The notes under the pieces: model-generated
The model's input: only the letters and a program-made list of their open reading frames with translations
The model's database searches: none
What the model was told of the DNA's origin: nothing
Shown here: in pieces, positions 51,788-63,883 of the stretch
Numbering within the stretch: the first letter of the stretch is position 1
Layout: every line of letters starts with the position of its first letter
DNA from: Bugula neritina
Lineage: Eukaryota; Animalia; Bryozoa
Length of the DNA: 64,000 bases
Assembly (NCBI GenBank): GCA_964035545.1
Contig: OZ037767.1
Coordinates: 15,566,998 to 15,630,997 of the forward strand
Direction: 5' to 3'
Program-made: the position numbers and the translations under genes

Positions 51788-53360
51788 ACTTATCAGCTAC
51801 AGTTTACTAATAATCAGCTCAGTGAGGTACTGAGAGATGAAATGGATATTTGTCATCAACATAATTATATTCATTACAATTCAATACACACACTCATGAT
51901 AGTGTCAGGTATATTATATTGTGTGTTTCATTTACACTGTAATTATACTTCTGTATATTATTCCATGTTCAACAGAACTTGCACTGCTTATATGCATTAT
52001 TATATGATAATTGTCATGAGTTGTAGTTATTTAAGATATTTGACTGTATAAAATATGTGTTGCCATTTTACTATCTAATAAAGTTTATTTGTTAGTGAAA
52101 ACATAGTCTGTTTTCATGCCTCATTAGCTTTAATTCAAGTTGAGTTTGGTTACTAAGGAATAATCTTTACTGGAGCAGTAACTGTAAATGACTCCTCTGT
52201 GGGAGAATGCATTCACTGAATTGACATGCAGGTGCAAGTAACTCCAACATGACTGTAAGCAAGTTTTTCCAACCATATATAAAAAATATTCCACTACTGT
52301 GTATACAACAGCATTGAGGAGCCAATCAAATTGTTTCTTGTCATGCATTCAGGAAGCTGATGAATAATATATAAGGCAATCAACTAGATATAAACACTTT
52401 GGCACTCTACACATGAGCTGTCTGTGATGCAGTCGCTTTGTAAAATGTATTTCATTTGATAAGTTTAGTTCAATTGGTTGCAGTTTAATTATGGTGTGTT
52501 GCCTATTCACCTGGTAAAATAGCATGTGTACTGAGAGAGAATAACTCCTAAGCATATCTAAAGGCATCCTTTTAGTAAACAAGATATTGCAATGCTACCA
52601 TCTGTCTGGACAGTTGTGTTCTCTTGTGTAAATTTCAACTTATAGTTCCAAAAATATGATGGTATCAATTACATGTAAACTCAACTTTTTTAGGTATAGG
52701 CATTATAAGAGGGAATTTTACTGATGTGTTTGTAATACTTTTACCTGCAGGGCTGATTACATTATAAATTGTTTGATCTCATCCTGGAGTTGTGTCCCCA
52801 AATAGTTTCAGTAAGCGTACGCTCAAGCTCAAAATTTTTAAAAACCTGTCCCGGGAGCGACATGCTTACACGTGTGCGGGTGTATGTGCATAACTTATAT
52901 AGAACTCTAAATTTTCAAATGCAAATGCTTTATTAGGCCATTAATCAGATACAGGCATCATCTGGTCATGTAGAGTCTAGCCAATCAGAACTGTGCAAAG
53001 TCTGTAGTGCTTTGAAGCTAACCAATTGCCAAAAACAATCAGCTTATTCGCCACTATATCAATAAAAAGCCACTAAGTGTGTTTAGCCAAAACAAATGTC
53101 AAATTCCACCAGGGTCCTTTTTTATATTTGCATTTTTGATTTGCATTTTTTGAGCACTTAATTTAAACATTTTGAAAAATTTACTGGTGATTCATAAATT
53201 TAAGATATGAAATAAAATAATGCATGTAATAAAAGTTGCACAGCTATTTCCTAGAAGCATGCATTTTGCATTTGAACTTGCAGAAGTTTATATAAGTTCT
53301 AGTGGTGAGAATTTTAGAGTTGGTACAAGGTAGTAAATTTACCTAATTTACATGATCTAT

Positions 53361-53725
53361 TGTGATATTGTAGTAAACTGTGGGTTTTGAATGCAACTAG
53401 TGCCTACATGCTCTAGAGAGAATAAGCCAAGTATTTGAATACGAACGAAAGATAACTTTATTTGCATCAGATACAGCTTATGTGGTCCTACTACCAGCGA
53501 GCTCCAGTAGTAGTCTGACTTTACACCGTAACTCGCCTGCTTTTATATACAGCGAACAAAAGAACATAGAACAAAGAATCTTCCGAAGTTCGGTAGCTCC
53601 GAAATTCGGCAGGGCCGAAGATCGGGAGGACCGATCTTCGGACAAGCCGAAACTCGGAACTCCAAACATCGGACCTCAATTAACATTATTTAGCAAACAA
53701 CAAAACCAAGGCACAATCTATCACA
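53361..53725 (-). mobile_element. Probable solo LTR (right end may instead be 53891)
   Basis: TGTGATA..TATCACA termini; near-TSD CTAT/GTAT; minus-strand TATATAAAA (~53541-53549) followed by AATAAA (~53457-53462). Confidence 0.6.
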
Positions 53726-55203
53726 GTATTTCATGAAAATTACATTATACTGAAAGCTTTAACAACAATCACAATAATAGGGCATTAGAAAGCTAGCCCA
53801 ACTTAGCTACAATTACAGCATTCAAAATATACGCAACAGTAATTATAATACTGACACACGCAGTTACAGTAGAGGATGAGAATCTATCACAATATAATTA
53901 ATAAAATATATAAACGAATCTGAGTTGGAATTAATTTAAAGAGGCCCAGGTTAGTTTTGTTTTTCAGTATCTGTCATAATTTACAGCTTTCGTTAGGTAT
54001 GTTTGATTTATTCCAACTATAATAACATGTTTATAGGAGTTTAACATTTTTTGGAATGCTAGTGCAGTCAGCTTGATAAAATCCATGGCTATATCTGTTC
54101 ACTTTATAATATAGGTTTCTCATAAAATTCTATTCCGACTTGTTTGTTGTAGAGTTACATTATAACTTTGGGGAGCAATCAGAAAAGCTACAGAGATTTT
54201 TTCGCAACATCATATATTAAAATTCTAAAGAATAAAGTTAGTTTAGGATAACCTAAAAAAGTGCCATCTTCTAGTACATCTGTGGCTGGAAAATAGGTTT
54301 GGTCTTCCCCCACAACAAAGTGTGTTAGCTACAGCCATTGATGTTAATAAGTCATATTATAGATGCTTTGCAATTTAATTTATTGGCTTTCTATCTTATT
54401 GATAGTTGAATGTTCCAGAAAATGTTATCTACAGCACAAGCAAGCTCACGCCCGGCCAACATTACCGCCAAGTTATTAAAGTCAATGTGGCACTTGTGTC
54501 GCTGCGGGAATGACATTCCCAAGATGGTATCCTGCTGAAGCTGACTGGCGATGAAGGTCTCGCTGATCACCTGATCACGGATTCTACCAGTCAGCTTTAT
54601 CACTACACGAACCCGTCCGCCAACGTGCCGTGTTCCCCTTCATATGGCTCCAGGTTCGCCCTATTTCCGGCATTGAGTGTGTCGAAAAGACACCGGCTCA
54701 GAAGATTTGTGGTGCACCCAGTATCCAGCAGCTAGAAAGTTGCAGCTTTGCCGGCAAGTTTACCGAGCAGGAAATAACTGCTTCCATTTAGCTGAGCGCT
54801 CACTGAGCGGTTCATCTCCAGAGGTGACACCTTATGTGCATGAAGTCAGGGATGCACCTGCGCTTTCCGGTTGCGTGGGCAACCGATTGACATCTCGGCC
54901 TTGCTCGCACGCAAACGGCCGAGTGAAAGCATAGTCCTGCTCACGTGTGAGCAGCCGAAAGAAATCTCGGTCTTGCTCCAACTCTTCATACGCCCCCTCA
55001 TCAGGCAACTCTTCAAAGCGGTTTTTGAGTGGCCAAGTGGAGGTTTTGGCAAACCTTGCGGTCTGCTAACTCTCCGTGGGATTTGCCACTCTGACGAAAG
55101 CGGCCTCATCACTCGATTGAGCTTGAGCCTTGGCCGTGGTCTTGATCTCAGAGGGTTAAACCGAGGCCCACGGTTGGCGGAGTCTACCGTGGGCCATTGT
55201 CGT

Positions 55204-55977
55204 TTAACTGTTTCCTCCCACCGTGGGGCAGCTCTTCAAGAGGTGCCCGCCACTACCACAACCCCAACACAAAGGGATTTGCCTGCCGACGGCAGTTGTC
55301 GGCGACCTAGCTGGTCGCTCAACTGCCGACTGTCGGCGGAGATGCCTGATTTCGGCCAGCAGCTTTTGAACCAGGCTCGTCGTTAAGCCTGTTGACTCGT
55401 CGGCTGCCGCCGTGGCCACTTGTACAGCCGACATAGCCGACGACGGCAACATGCTGTCGTTGGCTTCTACTTGCTGTACAGTCGCCCCAGGCCGGCACGT
55501 ATTGTCAGCCTGGAAATATGCATTCCTAAGCCGAAGAGCCCTCTTCATCATCTTAACTTCGGCTACCACCAAATGCCTTTTCAAGCCCATGTTGTTGATA
55601 GACTGAAGGAAGGCATCTAGTGCCAAACTCTGTCGACCTTCTGCAGGCAAGTCGCCATAAGCAACTTGTGCCAGCCGTTCTACCACGGTCGCGTGTTCTC
55701 TCAAGGAAGTATTCGGATCTCTCCTAAGCCCTTGGAGTTGCACTTGCGCATCTCTAGCGGTGAGCCCAAACCGGGCTCTCAACGCATTGAAGATGTCGCC
55801 GACATCCTGACCAATATCATAAGGTTTGGCCGATCCTGTCAGGCACAACCGCAGCTGGATCATAGCAAATCGGGCAGGCCATCGACAGATGGCTGCCACA
55901 TTTCTGAACTCAGCAATAAATTGCTCCACATCTTCTTCTCCTGAGAAGGTGGGAGCCCGCAAATGATACCTGTCCAT
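55204..55977 (-). pseudogene. gag: Gag of the second LTR element (5' end frameshifted)
   Basis: APTFSGEEDVEQFIAEF..LTGSAKPY..CWGCGSGGHLLKSC; upstream ATG at 56060 is out of frame. Confidence 0.85.
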
Positions 55978-56100
55978 AGGCAGCGCTGGGCCGCCTATGA
56001 CATCCTCTATAGCTGCCGGTTCAATCTGCTTCAGACGGAAATGTCTCCTTCGTCGGCCATATTCTTCTACTCCTCAGCCAGAAGCATTGGCTTTAAATTA

Positions 56101-56118
56101 ATCCCACCGCTGCCACCA
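56101..56118 (-). promoter_or_regulatory. tRNA-Leu primer-binding site
   Basis: Same 18-mer as 8695-8712. Confidence 0.88.
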
Positions 56119-57080
56119 CCGTTGTTAATTTGCGCATTCACTAATTACGGGTTATTTAGAGCTAATGCAACGTCGTCAAGATTAGAGTAAGAAAGATTTT
56201 ATTTACATGAAAAATACACAAGTACCTAATTACTACACAAGTAAGAAAAGCATTACATAATTACTGATAGCAGAACATGACTTATCTAATTCACACTACA
56301 ATTCAACTGCGCTCATCCAAGCGCGCTGTCCATCAACTCTAATTAACCAGCCTCCTGTATGTCATAAGCTGCTGTCCATTGTATGAGACTTAGTGGGTGC
56401 AGTACCAGGCTAGATATTCATCCCTCTAGAATGCTTGGAATACTAGAGAGATACACTTGGAGTTGCCCGTTCGATATATACACAAAAGATAAAACTCCTA
56501 CAATATTATTTTAAAACTCAATTTTGTTTTAACCGCTAGATAAAACAGTAGATGAAACGTACAGGGTGTGTGTTTTGACTAGTTATACTCTAAAATTACA
56601 GCGAATTAAACTTCTCATGGAATTGCATGTTTCTCCTATAACCTGATAAATCTATTAAACTTGTTTTGAAATATTTGAAAGTTTGCTTATTTGTTGGGAT
56701 ATTGAGAAACAGAGATGGGTTTATAATCTACTAACAGACAAAGTGCAGAATGCTACTAGTGATCTGGTGTTGAGAGTGTTGATGATTATAGCATATTAAC
56801 ATATGTATGTAGCAGCAAGGTACATTTGGCTACGCCAGGAATATCAGCTAACTGTTATTACTTCTAGTTCATGAAAAACTCCAAGTAATTTGTAGTAAAT
56901 TATTCATTTGATTTCATAGTTGCCTTATTGTATTAGTGTGTATGGATAAATGACACTTTATTTAGTTGTATTATTTGAACTAATGAGTCTTTCATCCATC
57001 TTTTACCCGACAATTGTTATGTATATTCGATTTTCTTATGATAAAGAGATTTTCGGCGGAGTATTTTAAGACAGTTTATA

Positions 57081-57149
57081 TAGAGTATACAGAGTATACA
57101 GAGTAGAGTATACAGAGTAGAGTATACAGAGTAGAGTATACAAAGTATA
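57081..57149. repeat. Minisatellite (GAGTATACAGAGTA-like units)
   Basis: Tandem 9-14-bp units. Confidence 0.8.
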
Positions 57150-57160
57150 ACGACACTTAC

Positions 57161-57638
57161 AACCCACAAAAGAGGATGATGTCTGGCTTGATGTCTCCGT
57201 GAATTATCTTACAGCATGCAGTAGCTCGATGGTGACGTACATGACTAACGACTCCGGGATCTGTAAACAGCAGACGTAGACATTACTGAGCAGTGAGCAA
57301 AGTACAGTGCAACTCATAAACTGAACAGCCAATGAGAATACAGACACACGCCAAACAGCCAATAAGAACGCAGCTTACTTCACAAAAGTTGGCCTTCATG
57401 CTGTTGTCGAGGTTGAGAAGAGAGCCGAGGGGCACCAGTTCGTTGACCATGAGGGATCCGTCGGAGAAGAAGACGGAGTGGGTGATGTCCATCAACTTGC
57501 TGCCGATATCTCTCTCGATGTTTTTGTCCATGCAGATGTACAGTTCCCACGGGCAGCTCGGCTTCTGTGCCTTCACACATACATCGTCACTCTTGGAGAA
57601 AGCTGTAGAGTCAAAAGTGTTGCACATGGAGATTTTAC
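57161..57638 (-). pseudogene. BUB1: Two-exon fragment of a BUB1/BUBR1-type kinase domain
   Basis: Exon 57379-57638 VKAQKPSCPWELYIC..SVFFSDGSLMVNELVPLGSLLNL. Exon 57161-57260 IPESLVMYVTIELLHA, then a frameshift to CKIIHGDIKPDIIL. GT-AG intron retained; internal deletions. Confidence 0.8.
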
Positions 57639-57717
57639 CTGCGTAGAAATACATATTCGTGTAATATAAACATATGCTAGTAACATAAAATTATACTAGT
57701 AATATAAACTCATACTG

Positions 57718-60700
57718 CACAGAGAGAAATATTAGTGCAGCGCTTGCACTAAAGTTGTTCAAAGAGCCTTTTATTGTCGGTATAGCCTGCACCACACCTC
57801 TAATAGTTGTTAGACCTGCACTTATTTTGATGAAATTGAAAATTAATCGGGTTAGTGTAAGCTGAAAAATATTTTGTAGTAGCTCTGAAACCACTTAGTT
57901 GTTAAGTCAACAATACTTTTCACAAGTATTACGTAATCATCGTCTCTAGGTCTGAATGAAGCTAAACAGTAGTTGATAAGAGCAGAAAGTGAGATCAATG
58001 CTACAACTACATATGTTCAAGCAAAATTTTATTTATATAAGAATTATGGAACAATTGGCAGTTGTTCACCTAACAACATTATTCGTTCACATGCGCACTA
58101 ATGATGATCACAAACCTTTATAGGAAGCTAGGATGAAGTTGAACCCTACATTTGGGTCATTTCAATTGGTGCTTCCAAGTTAGATGCTATTTATACATTT
58201 TATGTGCAATTTATTTGAACACTATTGAAATATATGTGTATTTAAATAAATTTGAGTCAATTGCTTTTTATAATTGGCACACAAATAAATTTCTTTGCTC
58301 TGCATAAACCTATTAATTTTGCATTTTCTATATTTTTTGTTTTTTGAAAAAATGTAATTATTAATGCATTTAATGCTTTTTTTCAACACAAATTTGGAAA
58401 AATTTAAATATTATTGCAAATATATCATATTAATGGTTATTTTACGTTTAGCAATCGGTATGAAAGTTATATAAGGGTATATAGGTATATAATACTTAGT
58501 ACCAAAACAAAAAATACAACTTAACTGGGGAGCATATAAGTGGAATGAAACTCCTTCAACCTACTAGCTGTTTATGATTTCGGTATTTTTTTGAACCCAA
58601 GACATTTTCAAATAGCTTGTTACCAGACTACTATTAAACATCGTCCCACTCCGTTTATCAAAGACTTAAGTTAAATTTATCAACAAAAACATTCAACTGC
58701 ACATATCTCTTGCATGGGTAGTTTAGGCTTCACTAGTCAATTTCATTCATGGAAAGGAAAGCCAACTAATTTAAAATGTGTGTAAAAGAGAGATCAGGGA
58801 GATGCACCATTAAACTCCAATGTACTCAGTTATCAGCAAATGTGTTTCAAACAAGAAGCTTAAAATTAACAATGAAACAAGCTACGGAATAGTCAATTGT
58901 GGATCAGGTGAACCACTTCAAAAGCCTAAGTAACTTGTGTAAACTACCTGGTGGAACAAAAGAAGATGTTGCATAACAGAGCTATAGTAAGGAAATATTT
59001 AAATTGTAATTCAAAGGCAAGAAACTAGCTTACTAAGCATTGAAAGAGCAAAACAAAGGTTATTACATAACAGCACATAGTTTTCATTCAAGGCTATTGA
59101 CAGAAGAAATATTCTGCCGGCATAGTGAACACCAGAGGCTCAGACTAAGAGGTTGTGCTTTGAGATTCAGTGAATATGTGCTTCCAAACAACCTCACAAC
59201 ATGAAAAACATTGAATCATTTCATCACATGGGTAAAGATTGCAGCTATCTCTCAGAGATAGAAGATGATCACTTTCTTTCAGAGTTCGGAACTGAAGTTG
59301 TCATTGCAGCAAAAGGTAAGCTCAATCATTTGCTTAACGTTGTCATTTTATATCACAATGACAATGACAGTATGACTATTGCTGTAGACAGATAATTGAA
59401 TTTGTGCAACTATAACTTTTAAGAGACCACATTGACTGATATTTCCCAAACCACTCTATTCCTATATCAATTTTATACGAGTTTTCCTGTAACAATCTAT
59501 TTCTAAAAAATTTAGCGTTTTATTTCCACTTCACCTTCTAGCAATTTGTGCTAAATTCATTAATTTGAATTCCCCCCCCCCCATTGTAGAAGTATTGTTA
59601 ATAATGCAGTTTAGCAGCCTACAAGTAGTTATTAGCCTTAAGCAGCTGCCAAGCTAGCTTCTTGTTTTATAGCTAAGTACCAAAATGCCAATATTAGTGG
59701 TGAGTTGGCAAAATCTTTTATTAACTTCTGTGCTACCAGTTTATTCTTTTATTTATCTTTGCACAGCACAATTAAATATAAAAACATGTTTAAGTAGCAA
59801 TATTTTTCTTGGTAGTAATTTATTTGTTTTTCAATTTATAGACATACTGAAACTTATCAATATCTGTTATCTCGATATGAGGGGTCCATATAAAATGCTG
59901 AATCTAGCTTAAATTGTGGTTCACTGACATTTTGAGATAATTTTAATGCAGAGAAGCTTCTATTAACTAAACTAATTATGCCCAACAGCTCTTGCATTTG
60001 TAATTAAGAAAGAAGTAAAATAAAATGATGGCCAAAATTGTTACTAAATTTCGATAAGCTCAAACTAACCCAAACACTTCGCCACATAATGATCATAAGT
60101 TTGCCAAAGCCTGTATGGTTATTCAGAGTCAAACGATTGGTACGATGGTGCTGAAAATATGCTGAAAGATTTATAGCTAACATCATTGATACTATTAGTT
60201 TTGGCCTTAGACTTTAGCTTCTTCAAAGTTGAACTTAATTTATTTAAGCTGCTTGTGATTGTATATCTTAACCAAATGTTTACTGTTCATACTAATACAG
60301 TTTAAATATTACCCAACCTTTATCTTTTGTTGTAGATCCCATAACATTTTTTAAGAACATGCACTCAAAGATGCTGAATAGGAACACAAAAAAGAATTTG
60401 ACCGCTACAAAACTTTGAATCATGCTGAGACCTTCAGCCTGCAAGCAGGCGCACTCACCACTACATTACAAGCGTCACTGGGTGCTCTCAACACTACACC
60501 TTACCCACTTTTCAAGAACTCAGCTGCCTTTTTTTATACTACTCCTTCAAGCTTCCCTGACCACTCAACTCCTCTCGGGGTACTACCACACTTTACTAAC
60601 CTCTGGAATTAGTTATAAAACATCCCCCTCCGTACTTGGGTTACTATCACAGACCTCAGACTTGCACACAGGTGTGCTAACCATTATACACCACAACTGC

Positions 60701-61456
60701 TTGGTTATCGCTACACTACAGAGCAAGAATGTAATGACACACACTATGGTCTTAACAGGTTCTGCTAATATTGAGAAAAGTTAACTGAATTTACAGTCGT
60801 AGAAAAATTCTGCAAATGTTTATTTTCATGTTTTTTTTTCTTATTTTAATTTTTAGAAGTTATTTTTTGTTGCATTTCTTATATTCAACTATCATATACA
60901 ATAAAATCCACATTACTATACTCTCATACTGGTTAGAAGTTATGACAAGTTAGTTCAGAGTGATCAGTAATAATTTTTGCAGAAGCTTATTTCCAACAAA
61001 AATTAGAGCAGCATGGAACATTTATAAGTTCAGCTTTGAATATAACTTAGTTCAGCATTGAGCATATCTAAGATCATCATTGAACAGAAATAAGATCATC
61101 ATTAAACATGTATAATATCACTATTGAGCATAAATAAGATCACCATTGAATATATATAAGCTCACCATTGAACATATATAATATCACTATTGAGCATAAA
61201 TAAGATCACCATTGAAAATATATAAGCTCACCATTGAACATATATAAGATTACCATTGAACATAACTTTGCTCATTGTGATAAATACAAAGAATCAACTT
61301 CACAACTCTTTATATCAACATTGATCTAACATACTATTCACTGTGAACAGTACCTGACACTAATTTCTATTCACTGCTGGTCAATTTAGGAGCCAAAAAA
61401 CGAGCTGTTTTAGTTGTCAGCTAATGTTCACTCTAACACTAATATTTCTCTCTGTG
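57718..61456. mobile_element. ~3.74-kb CACTA/EnSpm-like element, copy B (inverted relative to copy A)
   Basis: Same 20-bp TIRs; 2-bp TSD TG; full-length reverse-complement similarity to 47786-51553. Confidence 0.9.
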
Positions 61457-61581
61457 TGGTAATATAAACATATACTAGTAGGTAATATAAACATATGCTA
61501 GTAATATAAACTTATACTGGTAATATAAACATATACTAGTAATATAAACATATAGAAGTAATATAAACATATACTGGTAAT
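61457..61581. repeat. 19-bp minisatellite GTAATATAAACATATACTA, split by copy B (other half 57661-57717)
   Basis: Same unit on both flanks of the element. Confidence 0.85.
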
Positions 61582-62806
61582 GGTAAACAAATTAGTTTAG
61601 TTACTCTTGCAGGCCAAGAGATGAAAGGTTCAGCATTTATTATGTCCCATAATTATTATGTAACAAGATCTACTTTCAAAAGATTCACACCAGGAAAAAA
61701 GCTGTATAATTACTGATCAATCTGTGGGGTTAAAATTTGAGAAACTCAAAAAGCCAGAAATCAAAAGCTGTCATTGTATAGTTACATAATAGAGCATTCA
61801 GTTTTTGAGTAATTATATGCTGTGTATATGAGCACTAAACCTTTGAATTCAGTCCAACTTATACTAGATTGGATTTTGTAAATTTGCTTTTAAAGTTTAG
61901 GTTGTCTTTATAACATTAAAGAATAATGCGCTAACCATTTTTAACTATAACAGATGAACTTATGCTAGACTTAAATCTCTCAGCTACATTATTTCTAGCT
62001 TTTATCTGTCAGGTTGAATCTTTGGAAATGTTATTGTAAAAGTTTTACACCTATTTTCAAACCTCCAAGTTTTATTTGAAAGAAAATATGCATGGCTATA
62101 AAATATTATTAATGACAATATGTGGCACACCATAAAATATTCATTATATAGTTGAACTGGTCAAAGCGTACCTTAATTAGAAAACAATTTGTTTTCTATA
62201 ATAATATAACATACTGATACATATAAAGCATGGATTTTATGACCCTCGTTTTAGTTTTCTTAAATAATTTTTAGTTTTCCTGCATATTGTGGCTTCATAT
62301 ATAACTATAAAACTTGAACTGTTATAAATGTTTTTGTTTGGTGCAAAAAGCATAAAATAAATCAAGTAATTTTCATTTTAATTATTTGCACTGCTTTACT
62401 TCCTTTTTACTTTTCTTTAATTAGAAATGGCAGCACCGCACCTTTAATATATAGAATGTTTTATTTTACTCTAAATAGTTAGTTTACTAGAAATGGCAGT
62501 GGGAGACAAAATTAGCCAACCGGAGTTATTATATAAATTACTAAAATATAGTTCGTTATGGTTTCAGGCGGAATTTTGAAATTTTTCTCTAAAATGCTTG
62601 GATAAGACTATTTGCATATTCAAAGGTTCTTCATCACCACTTGGAGTTTGGTTTTATAAAATATTATAAGAAGTTGGCCTAAGTTTGTATATTAACCAAT
62701 CACATGCCTCCGTTACTGGATTTGCTCAACCTGGTTACTTCTGAGGTATAGGGCTCTTCCCGGGAGGTTGGGTTCTTCCCAGAGTAGTTGACCTAGTTTT
62801 ATGTTG

Positions 62807-62875
62807 ACCAATCAAATTCAAGCACATCCGGTTGTGACTATAAATACAGCAGTGTGTTCTGTTAAGGTTCAGTGT
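62807..62875 (+). promoter_or_regulatory. Core promoter of the 78-aa gene copy 2 (CCAAT, TATA, Inr)
   Basis: CCAAT at ~62808; TATAAATA at 62839-62846; TCAGT at 62869-62873, about 30 nt downstream; ATG at 62923. Confidence 0.65.
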
Positions 62876-62922
62876 ACAACTTATCTGTGTAATACATCTG
62901 AATCTGAACTCTAATCTCCACA

Positions 62923-63883
62923 ATGAGCAGCAACAACACCTTTGGTGAGTGACTATGCATACAATACTTGTATTTTTCTAATTTAATAGGCAACATTACA
63001 GAGAATATTCTATCTTGAAGCTTTGGAACTAAATTATATCTAAGAGTAATTAAAAACATTTTCATCATTATAGTTGGAATATCTTTTTTAATGTTTTTCT
63101 ATTTTTAGAATGTAACTAGTATTAAGTTTTACGTGACTTTAGTTTAGCTTGCAGAGCCTTTAAAACTTATTCTAATCTGATTCTAATCTACAAACTAGTA
63201 ATACTGCAAATTGATTGTATAATATCACAGCTAACTCTTTCAGTACAAAGTATTTATTTAAACTAAAGATACTTGCTTAGTACTAAATTGCAGTAACATA
63301 CAATAGTGTAATACATAGTGGAGTACAAAATGTAATGTATAAAATTGCATAACACTATATTTTAATTTCAGACATTAAAAAACTCCCTCCAAAGAAGAGA
63401 TACACATTAGTATGGAAAAATTTTAACATTCCTCCACCTGCACACATAGCAAGACAATACGCTGAGATAATCCAACCAGAACCATACTATGATTATAATG
63501 AGTAAGTATACTGCTTTACTGCTAAGTCTTTTTGTTGTAACCAAAATTCTTAGTCAAACTGCTCTCTGATTACCAGATAAACTTTCTCCATATAAATTAT
63601 ATTTTATAGTTTAGATCTGTCAGGTTTGTGTTTTCAAGCTTCAAATCAACAATAAAAGCATATATTTAAATATGAAAATATTCCATGCATTCAGCAGTTT
63701 TATTAGATGACGGTGTAATTCTAAACTTTGACTGACAGAAAAGAAACTGTTATGAGTCTCCATATATTAATATCTGAATAACTATTATTTTATTATAGAA
63801 AGATGACAAGTTACCTCCAAGATGGTGGACTACATACATATTATGTAATAAACTCTGATACTGAGGTGAAAAGGGAGAGCTGA
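62923..63883 (+). CDS. Three-exon gene for an unrecognised 78-aa protein, copy 2
   Basis: Exons 62923-62944, 63372-63501, 63799-63883: MSSNNTFDIKKLPPKKRYTLVWKNFNIPPPAHIARQYAEIIQPEPYYDYNEKMTSYLQDGGLHTYYVINSDTEVKRES*. Confidence 0.78.

Larger units (their letters stand above)
54434..56502 (-). mobile_element. Truncated Gypsy relic related to the 3050-9066 element (5' LTR ~56120-56502, PBS, gag, decayed protease)
   Basis: Identical tRNA-Leu PBS at 56101-56118; homologous gag; frameshifted protease LLDTGCTTNLLS..HGTLADG..ILGMSF; ends abruptly at ~54434; no second LTR. Confidence 0.9.

Noticed and set aside
54148-54433. Possible additional solo LTR (TGTAGA..TCTACA) at the truncation point of the second Gypsy relic
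   Set aside because: Only 6-bp inverted ends, no TSD and no second copy in the window.
56966-56984. 19-bp match (TTGTATTATTTGAACTAAT) to the 3' UTR of the 78-aa gene, suggesting a third copy
   Set aside because: Short and AT-rich; no matching exons found nearby.
47786-61456. One giant element with 3.7-kb TIRs, or a simple inverted segmental duplication
   Set aside because: Each copy has its own TIR pair and own 2-bp TSD, which indicates two insertions.
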